Of a DNA stretch of 64,000 nucleotides, positions 20,577 to 32,123 are shown in pieces; position 1 is the first letter of the stretch, and each line of letters starts with the position of its first letter. This DNA comes from an uncultured Planctomycetia bacterium (GTDB taxonomy: Bacteria > Omnitrophota > Gorgyraeia > Pluralincolimonadales > Pluralincolimonadaceae): the NCBI GenBank assembly GCA_964484255.1, contig CAZAEH010000001.1, positions 4,674-68,673 on the forward strand. Reading direction: 5' to 3'. The notes under the pieces were generated by a model. That model made no database searches. It had not been told where the DNA came from and saw only the letters and a program-made list of their open reading frames with translations. A program made the position numbers and the translations under genes.

Positions 20577-22376
20577 TCAGAACCTCACCTTGTGTTCCAC
20601 GCCGATGAATTCATCATCCTCTTTCATCCTGACCTTCAGGTTGGCCGGGTTCCCGAGCTTATATTCCAATTCCATCTCGTTCTGCCTCGGTCTCTGCTGG
20701 TCTACCTTCTGCGCTTCATAAGTCTTAAAATTCACCCTGAACTGCTCGTTCAGGTTGGCCCCGGTGACATACTCATCACCGCCCGTCGGTGTCTGGGTAA
20801 CGCTAGCACCTGCCCAAACTACCGTGCTGGGATCGGATTTGATCTCTATATTGTTAAACACCCTCGGCGTACACAAATCGGCCAAGTTTATATAACCTTC
20901 GAGCATAAGGGTGTTATCATCAGTATAGACTTTCGAATCGATAAATTCAAGTCTTGTTCCGGCTCCCCTGACGGTGATCTTTGCCGAATTATAGTGTATA
21001 ATGCTTATATTGCCGTTGATCAGGTCAAGCTGGCCGTCTATCTTCACGGCCCCTCCTAACTCCCCCTTGACATACAGGTCGCCAAATACCGTCCCGGAGA
21101 TCATGCCTTTTTCCGTGGCAAGGTCGGTAAGCCCCCCTAACTGTGTTCCCCTGAATTTCATATGTAATTCAAGATCTTTTTCATCCCCGACGCAAACCGA
21201 ACCGTTGGCCACAAGCACTTCGCCGTAATTGACGCCTGTAAATTTCAGCCTGCCGTCCTTGAACTCGTAAGCGCCCTTTACCTCCCTGACGGGATCGTAA
21301 TTAATCAGGGAACCTGATGTGGCAAAATCCCCGCTGACAGATTCAAGCTCTCCGTCCTTTCCGTAATCGAGCTTGCCGTTTATCTCGTAGTTTGACATTA
21401 TATCAAACCCAAAAACTTTTATATGGTTGGCGCATATATCCAACGTAAAGAGCGGCAACCTTGAGAGGTCCCCGGATACGGCAAGCTTGCTGATCTCGCC
21501 CATCGCGGTAGCGTTGCCTTTCGTGTCTTCCGGGAACAGGTCGAAACTAAACCCCTTCTCTTCGGTATGCAGCAGCCCGTTGAGCAAGAATTGCGGGCCG
21601 AACCTGAAATTGCTGAAATATACCGTGCGCTCGGAGGAAGTATCAACATTGCCGGCAAAATTGCAGTTAAGCGTATCGAAAATGTCAAAAGAACCGTGCA
21701 CAAAAACCTTATCGAGGACCCCGTCAAGCTTGGCGTTCAGCGAATAACCTTTTCCCTTGACAGAACCTTCAAGTTTTACGGTCTTGCTCTCAAGGGGGAA
21801 TCCCACTTTACCGCTCCCGATAAAAGACTGGCCCATCACGCTGGCGCTAATCCTCCGGGACTCTATCCCGTCTGCGTCTATCCTGAAGTTTCCCGTCACT
21901 CCGGATATCACTGGTATCTGCTGCGCGTTATATAAAGAGCCGTCGACAACGGATATCGTGGTCCCTTCCCACGCTGGGTCGAATATCCGCGGCACGGGCC
22001 ATTTCATGTCTTTGCCGGGAAAGAATATCTTCGGCGAAGAGAAAGTTATCCTGTCCAGGCCGTCGTAATGCCCGAGGACAACATCCCACAACCGGTAGTC
22101 CAATTCAATGGAAACGGCGGAAAAGAAAACTTCCTTCCTGCCTTCTTCAGCCTCCGGCGAATACAGGGTAACGTCTCTAAGTATTATCCCCCTGAAGACG
22201 CCTCCTTCGAGGCCCCCTATGGTCCCTTCAAGGCCTATTTTGTCCCTTATGAGGTCGAGGGTACCGGTCTTGAAACCCGTAAGGAAGACCCTCCCCTGCA
22301 TATCCAACAAGAAAAGCACCGCCAACAGGACCAGCCCGGCTATCATTAAAACGGGATTTGACCTGTGCCTGCTCAA
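20577..22376 (-). CDS. AsmA/TamB-like envelope protein (N-terminal anchor, beta-rich)
   Basis: One N-terminal TM, then 570 aa that are Gly-, Asp- and Ser-rich and beta-repetitive. Located directly upstream of the mla genes. Confidence 0.35.
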   Translation of the reverse strand: MSRHRSNPVLMIAGLVLLAVLFLLDMQGRVFLTGFKTGTLDLIRDKIGLEGTIGGLEGGVFRGIILRDVTLYSPEAEEGRKEVFFSAVSIELDYRLWDVVLGHYDGLDRITFSSPKIFFPGKDMKWPVPRIFDPAWEGTTISVVDGSLYNAQQIPVISGVTGNFRIDADGIESRRISASVMGQSFIGSGKVGFPLESKTVKLEGSVKGKGYSLNAKLDGVLDKVFVHGSFDIFDTLNCNFAGNVDTSSERTVYFSNFRFGPQFLLNGLLHTEEKGFSFDLFPEDTKGNATAMGEISKLAVSGDLSRLPLFTLDICANHIKVFGFDIMSNYEINGKLDYGKDGELESVSGDFATSGSLINYDPVREVKGAYEFKDGRLKFTGVNYGEVLVANGSVCVGDEKDLELHMKFRGTQLGGLTDLATEKGMISGTVFGDLYVKGELGGAVKIDGQLDLINGNISIIHYNSAKITVRGAGTRLEFIDSKVYTDDNTLMLEGYINLADLCTPRVFNNIEIKSDPSTVVWAGASVTQTPTGGDEYVTGANLNEQFRVNFKTYEAQKVDQQRPRQNEMELEYKLGNPANLKVRMKEDDEFIGVEHKVRF

Positions 22377-22394
22377 ATCGTCTCCGTTCGGTTT

Positions 22395-24821
22395 TTATTC
22401 GAATGAAAGATGGTCTGCTTTAGCGCCTACTTTTACCTTCCCGCCCTTCTTTATCTTCCCGGAGATTATCTCTTCGGCAAGCGGGTCCTCAAGGAACCTC
22501 TGGATCGTCCTCTTTATCGGTCGCGCGCCGTATACCGGATCGAAACCTTTCTCTATGAGGAATTCGGTAGCCTCTTTGCCCAGCTCTATCGAGATATCGT
22601 GCTGCTCCTTGAGACGTTCCTTTACGTCATTTACTTCGATGTCGACTATCTTGTACAAATCCTGCTTGGTCAATGGCCTGAACACTATTATGTCATCGAC
22701 CCTGTTTATGAACTCCGGCTTAAAAGTCTTCTTTACCTCATCGAGGAGCTTGCCTTTCATGCTTTGGTAGGTGGATTCCTCTTTATCGGACTTAAAACCA
22801 AGGGACCCCTGCTTCTTCCATGTGTCGGCGCCTATATTCGACGTCATTATGAGGACGGCATTGTTGAAATCGACCCTCCTGCCGAAAGAATCCGTAAGCC
22901 TTCCCTCCTCTAAAACCTGCAGTAATATGTTGAAGACATCCGGATGAGCCTTCTCGATCTCATCCAGCAGTATTACGGAATAAGGGCGCCGGCGGACCTT
23001 CTCTGTAAGCTGCCCTCCTTCTTCATATCCGACGTAACCGGGAGGCGCGCCGACCAGCCTCGAGACGTTGAACTTTTCCATATATTCAGACATATCTATC
23101 TGGATTATGGCATCCTCGTCTCCGAATAGAAGCTGGGCCAGTGCCTTGGCCAATAATGTCTTGCCGACACCTGTAGGACCAAGGAATATGAAAGACCCGG
23201 TAGGGCGTTTGGGATCTTTTAACCCGGCCCTGGAACGTCTTACCGCGTTTGCTATGGCGCTTATCGCTTCATCCTGGCCTACAACGCGCTCATGCAGGTG
23301 GTCTTCAAGCTTTAGAAGTTTTTCGCTTTCCTTCTCCTCGAGCCTTACTATGGGTATCCCCGTCCATTTCGCCACTATCTCCGCAATATCTTCCTCGGTC
23401 ACATGCGGGTATGCTTCCGCCTTCTGCTTCGACCATTCCTTGCGCACCTTCTCAAGCTGTCCTTTGAGCTCCCTCTCCTGGTCCCGCAGGTTCGCCGCCT
23501 TCTCAAAATCCTGTCCCTTTACGGCTGCTTCCTTCTCCTTCCTGACGTGGTCCATCTGCTTCTCGACCTCCTTGATGTCTGGAGGCGTGGTCATGACGTT
23601 GAGCCTCGCGCGGGAACCGGCTTCGTCTATCAAATCTATCGCCTTGTCGGGCAGATACCTGCCGGTGATATATCGGTCGGACAGTTTCGCCGCAGCGATA
23701 AGGGACTCGTCCGTGAACTTGACCTTATGATGGGCCTCGTATTTGTCGCGCAATCCTTTCAGGATCTCTATAGTCTCTTCTACGCTTGGAGGCTCTACCA
23801 TTATAGTCTGGAACCTGCGCTCGAGGGCCGCGTCTTTCTCGATATGCTTTCTGTACTCATCGAGGGTGGTGGCTCCTATGCATTGTATCTCGCCGCGGGA
23901 TAGAGCGGGCTTGAGTATGTTAGAGGCGTCTATCGCTCCCTCGGCTCCGCCGGCGCCGACAAGCGTGTGTAACTCGTCTATGAATATGATTATGCTCTCC
24001 GAACGCTTGAGCTCGTCCATGACAGCCTTGATGCGCTCCTCGAACTGGCCCCTGTATTTCGTCCCCGCAACCATAAGGGCAAGGTCAAGTATCACTACTC
24101 TCTTGTCGCGCAATATCTCCGGTATGTCGCCTTTTATTATCTTCTGTGCAAGGCCCTCTACAATGGCGGTCTTGCCGACACCGGCTTCGCCGAGAAGGAC
24201 AGGGTTGTTCTTCGTCCTGCGGGAGAGTATTTGTATTACACGCTCTATCTCGTCTTTCCTGCCTATTACGGGATCAAGTTTCCCCTCGCGGGCAAGCGAG
24301 GTCAGGTCGCGGCCAAAAGCGTCGAGTGACGGCGTTTTTGTCTTTGCCTGCGCCTGCTGCTGAGTGAAACCGGGGGTCGCCGATCCGAGAAGGGACATCA
24401 CTTCCTGCCGGACCTTGTTAAGGTCAAGGCCCAGGTTCGCGAGCACCTGGCTCGCCACACCTTCGCCCTCACGTATGAGCCCCAATAAAAGATGTTCGGT
24501 ACCTATATAATTGTGGCCAAGGTTGCGTGCCTCATCGGTGGCAAGCTCTATTACCTTCTTTGCCTTCGGGGTAAAAGGTATGTCTCCCGATACAACGGTC
24601 GGCGGGCCGGGCTGGACGATCTTCTCCACCTCAAGGCGTATCGCCTCAAGGCTCAAGCCGAGGTTCTGCAATACCGCGGCGGCCACCCCTTCGCCTTCTT
24701 TAATGAGCCCCAAGAGTATATGTTCTGTACCGATATAATCGTGGTTGAATCTCTTCGCTTCTTCCTTAGCGAGTATTATGACCTTCCTGGCCCTTTCGGT
24801 GAATCTTGAAAACATGTTCAT
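22395..24821 (-). CDS. clpC: AAA+ chaperone ClpC
   Basis: Double Clp-N repeats, two AAA+ modules ([16 protein letters not shown]), and a UVR-like linker. Confidence 0.85.
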   Translation of the reverse strand: MNMFSRFTERARKVIILAKEEAKRFNHDYIGTEHILLGLIKEGEGVAAAVLQNLGLSLEAIRLEVEKIVQPGPPTVVSGDIPFTPKAKKVIELATDEARNLGHNYIGTEHLLLGLIREGEGVASQVLANLGLDLNKVRQEVMSLLGSATPGFTQQQAQAKTKTPSLDAFGRDLTSLAREGKLDPVIGRKDEIERVIQILSRRTKNNPVLLGEAGVGKTAIVEGLAQKIIKGDIPEILRDKRVVILDLALMVAGTKYRGQFEERIKAVMDELKRSESIIIFIDELHTLVGAGGAEGAIDASNILKPALSRGEIQCIGATTLDEYRKHIEKDAALERRFQTIMVEPPSVEETIEILKGLRDKYEAHHKVKFTDESLIAAAKLSDRYITGRYLPDKAIDLIDEAGSRARLNVMTTPPDIKEVEKQMDHVRKEKEAAVKGQDFEKAANLRDQERELKGQLEKVRKEWSKQKAEAYPHVTEEDIAEIVAKWTGIPIVRLEEKESEKLLKLEDHLHERVVGQDEAISAIANAVRRSRAGLKDPKRPTGSFIFLGPTGVGKTLLAKALAQLLFGDEDAIIQIDMSEYMEKFNVSRLVGAPPGYVGYEEGGQLTEKVRRRPYSVILLDEIEKAHPDVFNILLQVLEEGRLTDSFGRRVDFNNAVLIMTSNIGADTWKKQGSLGFKSDKEESTYQSMKGKLLDEVKKTFKPEFINRVDDIIVFRPLTKQDLYKIVDIEVNDVKERLKEQHDISIELGKEATEFLIEKGFDPVYGARPIKRTIQRFLEDPLAEEIISGKIKKGGKVKVGAKADHLSFE

Positions 24822-24839
24822 GCCGTAACCTCCCTGATG

Positions 24840-25889
24840 CTATATGTTGAACTTTCTGGATATGAATTCCGCCCGGGCCGCATCCCTCTCTTCGGCAGAC
24901 AAGGCCTTGCCCTGTTTCATCTGCAGATGCGCCGGCTGTATCTGTATAAAAAGATCGTTTAGAACATTGCGGTCCAGCCCCTTTATCATGCCAAGGTCGG
25001 AACCCAGCCTTATAATCGACAAAAGGTTAAGGGCTTCCTCGCTGCTTATGAGCTTTGCGCTTTTGAGCTCGGACAGAGAGCGGGATATCCTGTCCTCCAA
25101 AAGCAGCCTCTGGTTCGCAAAGATCGAACTCCTCGCGGCGTTCTCCTGCTCTATTATCTGCAATATTATCTTCCCAAGGCTGTCGACCACTTCTTCTTCC
25201 GAGCGCCCCAGGGTCACCTGGTTTGATATCTGGAAAAAATTACCGTATGCTTCGGTCCCTTCGCCGAAAAGTCCGCGCGCTGTCATGCCAAGTTTGCCTA
25301 TGGCCTGGATGATCCTCCCAACCTGCTTTGTCATGACCAGCGCAGGCAGGTGGACCATGCACGAAGCACGCAACCCTGTCCCCGCGTTCGTCGGGCAGCA
25401 TGTCAGGTAACCCAAGTCCGAGGCCACCGCGAACTCAAGGCTCTGCTCCAGTTCCTCGTCTATCCTGTCCGCGAGTTTCCACGTATCGTGCAGGTTGAGC
25501 CCTGATTGGAGGACCTGTATGCGCAGGTGGTCCTCCTCATTTACCATTATGCTTATTATCTCGCGCTCGCTTATAAGCACGGCCTTATGTTCGGGTTTTA
25601 CCGCGTGTTCCCTGCTTATAAGGTGTCTCTCGATGAGGATCTGCTTCTCGAGATTATCGAGCTCGCCAATGCGGACAAACAGGGCCCCCTTGAAATAATC
25701 CGTTCTCTTGCAGGCCTGCTCAAAATCGGAGATGACGGCCTCAAGCTGATCGGCCATAGCCCAATGGGGGAACGGGTACTTTGCGAGGTTCCTCGCCAGC
25801 CTTATCCTCGAAGACATCACTATATCCGAGTTTGGGCCTGTCCCCTTGAGCCATTCGCCTGTCTGCCCCCAAAGGTCCCCGATCGCCAT
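24840..25889 (-). CDS. mcsB: Protein-arginine kinase McsB
   Basis: Guanido-kinase motif CPTNAGTGLRAS, 349 aa. Confidence 0.8.
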   Translation of the reverse strand: MAIGDLWGQTGEWLKGTGPNSDIVMSSRIRLARNLAKYPFPHWAMADQLEAVISDFEQACKRTDYFKGALFVRIGELDNLEKQILIERHLISREHAVKPEHKAVLISEREIISIMVNEEDHLRIQVLQSGLNLHDTWKLADRIDEELEQSLEFAVASDLGYLTCCPTNAGTGLRASCMVHLPALVMTKQVGRIIQAIGKLGMTARGLFGEGTEAYGNFFQISNQVTLGRSEEEVVDSLGKIILQIIEQENAARSSIFANQRLLLEDRISRSLSELKSAKLISSEEALNLLSIIRLGSDLGMIKGLDRNVLNDLFIQIQPAHLQMKQGKALSAEERDAARAEFISRKFNI

Positions 25890-26386
25890 TACTTGTCTTT
25901 CGTCTTGTTTTCGAGTTCCCTTATCCTATCCCTCAGGCGCGCGGCTTCCTCAAATTCCTCCCGGTCAACCGCCTGCTGGAGTTTCCTCCTGAGTTCCTGT
26001 ATTTCCGGGACCTTTTTACTGCCGTCGGCCTTGTCAACTTCCTTCGGCGACTTCCCGACATGCCTCGTTGAACCGTGTATCCTTTTTATTAAGGGGACAA
26101 GGCTCTCCCTGAAAGAAGCATAGCAGTTCCCGCATCCCAGCCTTCCGATCCTCTGGAAATCGTTGAATGTCATTCCGCATTTATCACATTTCAGGGGAGG
26201 ACCCTGTCCGGAACGGCCCGGGCCGCTCATGCCGGCAAGGAAATCGGCAACGCCAAAATGCTGTTCCATCTCCACGCCTTTTTTCTTTGCGCAATGGTCG
26301 CAGAGATGCAGTTGTTTTACCTGGTCATTGATGATCTCCGTGAACTCGACCGTAGCCTCGTTCTTCCCGCAGATCTGGCAGAGCAT
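25889..26386 (-). CDS. mcsA: McsA (zinc-finger plus UVR-domain activator of McsB)
   Basis: CxxC zinc fingers plus a UVR motif (EFEEAARLRDRIRELE). No ctsR gene is adjacent. Confidence 0.7.
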   Translation of the reverse strand: MLCQICGKNEATVEFTEIINDQVKQLHLCDHCAKKKGVEMEQHFGVADFLAGMSGPGRSGQGPPLKCDKCGMTFNDFQRIGRLGCGNCYASFRESLVPLIKRIHGSTRHVGKSPKEVDKADGSKKVPEIQELRRKLQQAVDREEFEEAARLRDRIRELENKTKDK

Positions 26387-27258
26387 CAGAACCTCACGCC
26401 GTCGACTTTCGTAAGCTTATGGAATTCCGTTATCAATTTGTTGGTCATCTTGCCCGGTTTCCCGTCGCCGATCTTGCGCCTGTCCAGATTTACGACCGGT
26501 ATTATCTCGGCAGCCGTCCCGGTAAGGAACATCTCATCTGCATTAAAAAGGTCGTAACGGGTCAAGACCTCTTCATGGATGGGTATTTCCTTCAGGTGCG
26601 CAATATCAATGACCGCCCCGCGCGTGACGCCTCGCAGGACCCCGCTGTGTATAGGCGGGGTCGATAGGGCACCGTCCTTAACGATAAAGATGTTATCTCC
26701 GGTGCATTCCGAGACATAGCCTTCGGAATTGAGCATAACGGCTTCTTCGACTCCTGCGTTTATGGCCTCGACTTTCGCGAGTATATTATTTAAGTAATTA
26801 AGCGACTTTATCTGGGGATTTACGGACTCATGTATGTTCCTCTGGGTCGAGATAGTCACGATCTCCAGCCCTTTTTCGTAGAGCTCCTGAGGATACAGTT
26901 TTATCTTATCGGTTATGATAAAGACCGTTGGTTTCGAGCATTTCCTGGGGTCGAGCCCGAGATCACCGATACCGCGCGTGACAACAAGCCTTATGTAAGC
27001 ATCCTTCATCCCGTTCTCGCGCAGCGTTTTCTTGACCGCATCCGTCATATCTTCCTTCGTCATCGGGATATCGAGCATTATCGCGTGGGCGGACTGGTAC
27101 AGCCTGTCGATATGTTCCTTACACTTGAATATAAGCCCGTCATACGCGCGGATACCTTCAAAGACGCCGTCCCCGTAGAGAAGGCCATGGTCAAAAACGG
27201 AGATTTTTGCCTCTTCCTTATCATAGAACTTACCGTCGACATAGATCTTCAAGCCCAT
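26386..27258 (-). CDS. ilvE: Class IV aminotransferase (branched-chain amino acid aminotransferase-like)
   Basis: FDHGLLYGDGVFEGIRAY motif, 290 aa. Confidence 0.6.
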   Translation of the reverse strand: MGLKIYVDGKFYDKEEAKISVFDHGLLYGDGVFEGIRAYDGLIFKCKEHIDRLYQSAHAIMLDIPMTKEDMTDAVKKTLRENGMKDAYIRLVVTRGIGDLGLDPRKCSKPTVFIITDKIKLYPQELYEKGLEIVTISTQRNIHESVNPQIKSLNYLNNILAKVEAINAGVEEAVMLNSEGYVSECTGDNIFIVKDGALSTPPIHSGVLRGVTRGAVIDIAHLKEIPIHEEVLTRYDLFNADEMFLTGTAAEIIPVVNLDRRKIGDGKPGKMTNKLITEFHKLTKVDGVRF

Positions 27259-27271
27259 TAAAATAACCTCC

Positions 27272-27940
27272 TTAATTATTAGTCAGTTTACCGTCTTTTA
27301 TATTGATGACCCTCCGGGCCTGTCCGGCAATCCCGGTATCATGGGTAACCATTATCAATGTCATTTTACGCTCTTTATTCAATTCCCACAACAGGTCTAT
27401 TATGCTCTTGCCGGTATCCGTATCAAGATTACCTGTCGGTTCATCGCATAACAGTAATTCCGGGTCATTTACCAGAGAGCGCGCTATGGCGACCCTCTGC
27501 TGTTCGCCCCCTGAGAGTTGGCCCGGCCTGTGGTGCATCCTGTCTTCCAGGCCTACGGCCTTCAGGAGTTCCAGCCCTTTCTCCCTGCGCATCTTGCCCT
27601 TCATGAAGGCAGGCAGCAATACGTTCTCGAGCGCGTCAAACTCCGGCAAAAGGTGGTAGAACTGGAACACAAAACCTATCTTTCCGTTCCTTAAACAGGC
27701 GCGCTCGTTGTCCGAGAGGGAGAATATGTTCTTCCCGTCCAGAATAACACTGCCACTCGTGGGGCTGTCCAATCCCCCCAACAGGTGAAGCAGTGTGGAT
27801 TTCCCCGCCCCGGAAGGGCCAAGCAAAGCAAGGGTCTCTGCCCTGTCCACCTTTAGATCAATACCCTTAAGGACCTCGAGCTGCCTGGCCCCGTTCAGGT
27901 ACACTTTACGCAAACCCGTGGCTTCTATCATATCATTCAT
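27272..27940 (-). CDS. lolD: LolD-like ABC ATPase
   Basis: GPSGAGKSTLLHLLGGLD Walker A, LSGGEQQR signature. Adjacent to an FtsX-type permease. Confidence 0.6.
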   Translation of the reverse strand: MNDMIEATGLRKVYLNGARQLEVLKGIDLKVDRAETLALLGPSGAGKSTLLHLLGGLDSPTSGSVILDGKNIFSLSDNERACLRNGKIGFVFQFYHLLPEFDALENVLLPAFMKGKMRREKGLELLKAVGLEDRMHHRPGQLSGGEQQRVAIARSLVNDPELLLCDEPTGNLDTDTGKSIIDLLWELNKERKMTLIMVTHDTGIAGQARRVINIKDGKLTNN

Positions 27941-29120
27941 ACCTCAAAGCGTCTACGGGATTAAGCTTCGATGCCTGCCATGCCGGGTAAACGCATGCTA
28001 TAAGGGCCACTGCCAAGGCCGCTGCGACGATTACCGCCACGTCTCCGGCCTGGATATCAACGGGAAACCTGTCTATGTAATAAGTATCCTTGGGAAGTTT
28101 TATGAACTGGTACTTTTCCAGCAGGTAACCCAGGCCGAGGCCTCCTGCAACACCGAACGCTGTACCTATAAGGCCTATCATAAAACCCTGCAGAGTGAAT
28201 ATGGCCATCACGGACCGGTTCGTGGCGCCGATTGATTTCAATATCCCGATATCCTTTGTCTTTTCCATGACTACCATTATCAGCGTGCTCGCTATGTTAA
28301 GACATGCGACAGCTACGATCAAAGCAAGTATCCAGAACATAGTAAGCTTCTCGAGCTTAAGCGCGGCGAAAAGGCTCTTGTTAAGGTCTATCCAGCTCTT
28401 TACATAATACGGGAACTTCAACTTTGACTGCAGTTCGGCACGAATCTCCTGGGCCTTATAGACATCGTCTATCTTTATGCTTATACCGCCGGCCATGCCG
28501 CCCGCAGCGAAGAGTTCCTGCGCGTCAGGCAAACCGATGAACGCCAGTCCGGAATCATATTCGTAATAACCCGAATTGAATATGCCGGCAACCTTGAAAT
28601 CCGACACGGTCCCGTCGACCGGGGAAACGACAGATACCTTATCTCCCATCTCGAGCCCGTACCTTCCGGCAAATTCGGAGCCTATTATCATGCCCCCGTC
28701 CGCCGCTCCGTAAATAGAGCCGGACTTAATATACTTGGCCACCTTAGAGACCTCGGATTCGTCTTTTGGCACTATCCCTCTTACCGCGAGGTTCTGCATG
28801 CTGCCGCCTACCCTGGCAAAGACCTGCCCGTCAAGAAAAGGGGATGCCGAGAGCACGCGGGGGCTTGAGGCTTTTATCTCCGCGATCACCCTGTCGTAAT
28901 CTGCGATCCCGCCTTCCTGCTCTACAACAAGGTGGGCATTGGCCCCGATTATCTTATCGCGTAATTCGTTATCGAAGCCGGACATAACCCCTATAACGAC
29001 AATAAGGGCGCATACCCCTACCGCGACCCCCAGCACCGATATAAGGCTGATGATGGATATGAACTTCTCTTTTCGCTTCGCGGCAAGATACCGGGAAGCT
29101 ATCAACAGTTCGTAGCGCAT
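27933..29120 (-). CDS. lolE: LolC/E-like FtsX-family permease
   Basis: MacB/FtsX topology with a periplasmic domain, 395 aa. Confidence 0.6.
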   Translation of the reverse strand: MRYELLIASRYLAAKRKEKFISIISLISVLGVAVGVCALIVVIGVMSGFDNELRDKIIGANAHLVVEQEGGIADYDRVIAEIKASSPRVLSASPFLDGQVFARVGGSMQNLAVRGIVPKDESEVSKVAKYIKSGSIYGAADGGMIIGSEFAGRYGLEMGDKVSVVSPVDGTVSDFKVAGIFNSGYYEYDSGLAFIGLPDAQELFAAGGMAGGISIKIDDVYKAQEIRAELQSKLKFPYYVKSWIDLNKSLFAALKLEKLTMFWILALIVAVACLNIASTLIMVVMEKTKDIGILKSIGATNRSVMAIFTLQGFMIGLIGTAFGVAGGLGLGYLLEKYQFIKLPKDTYYIDRFPVDIQAGDVAVIVAAALAVALIACVYPAWQASKLNPVDALRYE

Positions 29121-29139
29121 ATTTATGAAGATATCTCGG

Positions 29140-30588
29140 TTACGGCTGTTCCGGTTTTAACTGCGGGAAGAGTATCACGTCCTTTATCGAGTCGCATCCG
29201 GACAGCAACATGGCAAGCCTGTCTATTCCTATGCCGAGGCCGCCTGCCGGAGGCATCCCGTACTCAAGGGCTCGTACGAAATCCTCATCTATGGCCCCGG
29301 ACCCGGCAGCGCGGGCCTGTTCCTCGAACCTGGCCTTTTGCTCAACGGGATCATTAAGCTCGGAATAAGCGTTCGCGAGCTCTTGCCCGTTTATAAAAAG
29401 TTCAAACCTCTCGGTGAGTTCCGGCTCTCCCTGCTTTTTCTTCGATAAAGGGCATAAGACAGCCGGGTAATCGACTATGAACGTCGGCTTGATAAGTTTA
29501 GACTCCACAGTTTTCTCGAATATCTTATTGGCGAATTCCTCGTCGATCTTCGCCTCCCTTATATCCAGGCCCATGTCTTTGGCGACTTTCTTCAGATCTT
29601 TCTCTTTTTTGTAATCTATCCCCGAATGCTTGATTATCGCCTCGCGGAAAGGTATCCTTTCCCACGGCGGAGTAAGGTCTATCTCTTCTCCGGTGGCATT
29701 CTTTACTTTGTAGCTGCCCAAAAGCTCCGAAGCCAACCCGGTTACCAATTCTTCGGTAAGCGACATCATATCGGCGCAAGTCCCGTAAGCCTGGTATATC
29801 TCTATCATCGTGAACTCAGGATTATGGCGCGGGGAGATACCCTCATTCCTGAAATTCCTGTTTATCTCATAGACCTTCTCAAATCCTCCGACAAGCAGTC
29901 TCTTAAGGAAAAGCTCAGGAGCTATCCTCATGTAAAGGTCTATACCGAGTGCCTCGTGGTGCGTCTTAAAAGGCTTGGCAGTGGCGCCTCCCGGCATCGA
30001 CTGCATCATCGGGGTCTCGACCTCCATGAAACCCATGCCGTCGAGAAAAGCCCTGATCCGCGCTATCATCTTTATGCGAAGTTCAAAGACTTTTCTGACC
30101 TCATCGTTCACGATCAGGTCAACATATCTCTGCCTGTACCTTATCTCCACGTCCTTAAGCCCGTGCCATTTCTCTGGCAAAGGCCTTATGGATTTCGAGA
30201 GCATCCTGAAATCCTCGGCGTGGACGGTAGGTTCCCCGGTCCTCGTCTTGAAAGCTTTCCCGTTGACACCGACAATATCGCCTATGTCAAGGTTCTCGAA
30301 AGACACCTTCGCCTTATCAGGCAGCTCTGCCGCTTTCACATAGCTCTGTATCTTCCCTGTGGAATCCTTCACGTCTATAAAACAGGACTTCCCGTGGGAA
30401 CGCACGGCCATGACCCTTCCGGCGATGGCAACCTTCTCCTCCCGGGATGAGGCTTCATCAAATCTTGATAATAACTCGTTGATATCCGTGGACTTAGCGA
30501 ATTTTTCCCCGTAGGGATCGATACCGCCGGTCCTCAGGTTGCCGAGTTTTATAAGACGCTGTTTTATGAGGTCGTTGATTTCTTCCAA
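29140..30588 (-). CDS. lysS: Lysyl-tRNA synthetase (class II)
   Basis: OB anticodon-binding domain plus class II core, 482 aa. Confidence 0.9.
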   Translation of the reverse strand: MEEINDLIKQRLIKLGNLRTGGIDPYGEKFAKSTDINELLSRFDEASSREEKVAIAGRVMAVRSHGKSCFIDVKDSTGKIQSYVKAAELPDKAKVSFENLDIGDIVGVNGKAFKTRTGEPTVHAEDFRMLSKSIRPLPEKWHGLKDVEIRYRQRYVDLIVNDEVRKVFELRIKMIARIRAFLDGMGFMEVETPMMQSMPGGATAKPFKTHHEALGIDLYMRIAPELFLKRLLVGGFEKVYEINRNFRNEGISPRHNPEFTMIEIYQAYGTCADMMSLTEELVTGLASELLGSYKVKNATGEEIDLTPPWERIPFREAIIKHSGIDYKKEKDLKKVAKDMGLDIREAKIDEEFANKIFEKTVESKLIKPTFIVDYPAVLCPLSKKKQGEPELTERFELFINGQELANAYSELNDPVEQKARFEEQARAAGSGAIDEDFVRALEYGMPPAGGLGIGIDRLAMLLSGCDSIKDVILFPQLKPEQP

Positions 30589-32123
30589 TTTTTCCGCCTT
30601 AAATTGATATAATTATAGATTGAATAAAGGGTTAAGTCAAATAAAAAAACCCAGATGCACGCCCAGGCAAAGAGGTCTCCATGCCTCATATAGAACGAAG
30701 ATGATCTCTTCGCAACAATATCAGCAGTGGCAAACCCGGTAACGAATATATCACGGCCCCGGGCATCTTTTACCTTCTGGAAGATCTTGCCCGTATCGTC
30801 GATAAAACATGATTGGCCCGTATTTGCAGACCTTACTATATTAAGCCTGTTCTCAACGGCACGAAAAACAGAAGACTGAGTATGTTGATAAGGCGCGCCT
30901 GTTTGCATGTACCAGGCATCATTGGTTATCACAACGAGGAATTCGGCTCCTAACTTGGCAAAACTCGAAGATATTTTGGGGAAAACATCCTCGAAACAGA
31001 CCAGGACGCCGAACTTTACGTTACCGGCCTTGTGTGACGGTATCTCGAATATCGTATACTTGTCCCCGGGCGAGTAATCCTCTCCCATGTCATAATGTTT
31101 CTTGACGAAGGATAGGAAACTGTCGCCGAACGGAACATATTCCCCGAAAGGTACGAGGTGAATCTTATCATAGCGCTTTACTATCACCCCCTTGTTCGAT
31201 ATTAGGACGGCGCTGTTATAATAACGCACCTTCTCCGGGACCCTCTCTGTCTGTGTCCCTACCAGGAGATAAGTATTCAGTTCCTTTGCCAGCGAGGTTA
31301 CTTTCTCTCTTAAGGGCTCATCTGTCTCAAGGAATCCGGGTACGGAAGTCTCCGGCCATACGATAAGGTCCGGCTTATCTTTGGCAGCCTCTTTTGAAAG
31401 CTTGATATACCTGTCGAGTATATCGTCCGCGTATTTCTCGTCCCATTTTTGCGATTGCGGGATATTGCCTTGTATGACCGATACCCTTACATCCCCAACA
31501 AGCGGTTCTTTCCCCTGTATATAGTAACCGTATATCATGACCGCAAGCAGTATGATGACCAGCAGTGACAGATATCTCGCCTCGGGCTTGTGGCCTTTCA
31601 TCTTTTTCTTTATCTTAGATGAGACTATGAGGTTGGTAAAGATCACCAGAAAAGACACCCCGTAAGCGCCGGCGGTGTCCGCGACCTGTATCATCGGCAG
31701 AGCTTGCCATTGGGTATGCCCCAGGAGTGTCCACCCGAAACCGGTTAGGAGATGGCTCCTTAAATATTCCACGGATACCCACAGGCAGGACGCGAGAAAA
31801 GCGAACCTGATACGAGGCTTCTTAAATTGCATGGATAATATCTCTGCGCCCAAGGCAAACAACCCGAAGAAGAAAGCCAGGTACAGGGATAATATGACTG
31901 CGCCTATTATGGCCACATAGCCTACCCAGTAGAGGGTGGCACCGAAGAACAGGAGACCCGTTATGTATCCCGTAAAAAAAGCCTGGGACGGCCTCTCTCC
32001 CCGGATAGCGATGAGCATAGGTATTAAGGCGAACCATGCGAGGAAGAACAGGTCGAAAGGCGGGTATGCCAGCGTCAATAATACCGCTGAAAGTAACGGC
32101 AGTATTATCAGGCGCCGCAGCAT
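30564..32123 (-). CDS. lnt: Apolipoprotein N-acyltransferase
   Basis: Multi-TM N-terminus and a CN-hydrolase domain (VCFEDVFP), 519 aa. Confidence 0.8.
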   Translation of the reverse strand: MLRRLIILPLLSAVLLTLAYPPFDLFFLAWFALIPMLIAIRGERPSQAFFTGYITGLLFFGATLYWVGYVAIIGAVILSLYLAFFFGLFALGAEILSMQFKKPRIRFAFLASCLWVSVEYLRSHLLTGFGWTLLGHTQWQALPMIQVADTAGAYGVSFLVIFTNLIVSSKIKKKMKGHKPEARYLSLLVIILLAVMIYGYYIQGKEPLVGDVRVSVIQGNIPQSQKWDEKYADDILDRYIKLSKEAAKDKPDLIVWPETSVPGFLETDEPLREKVTSLAKELNTYLLVGTQTERVPEKVRYYNSAVLISNKGVIVKRYDKIHLVPFGEYVPFGDSFLSFVKKHYDMGEDYSPGDKYTIFEIPSHKAGNVKFGVLVCFEDVFPKISSSFAKLGAEFLVVITNDAWYMQTGAPYQHTQSSVFRAVENRLNIVRSANTGQSCFIDDTGKIFQKVKDARGRDIFVTGFATADIVAKRSSSFYMRHGDLFAWACIWVFLFDLTLYSIYNYINLRRKNWKKSTTS

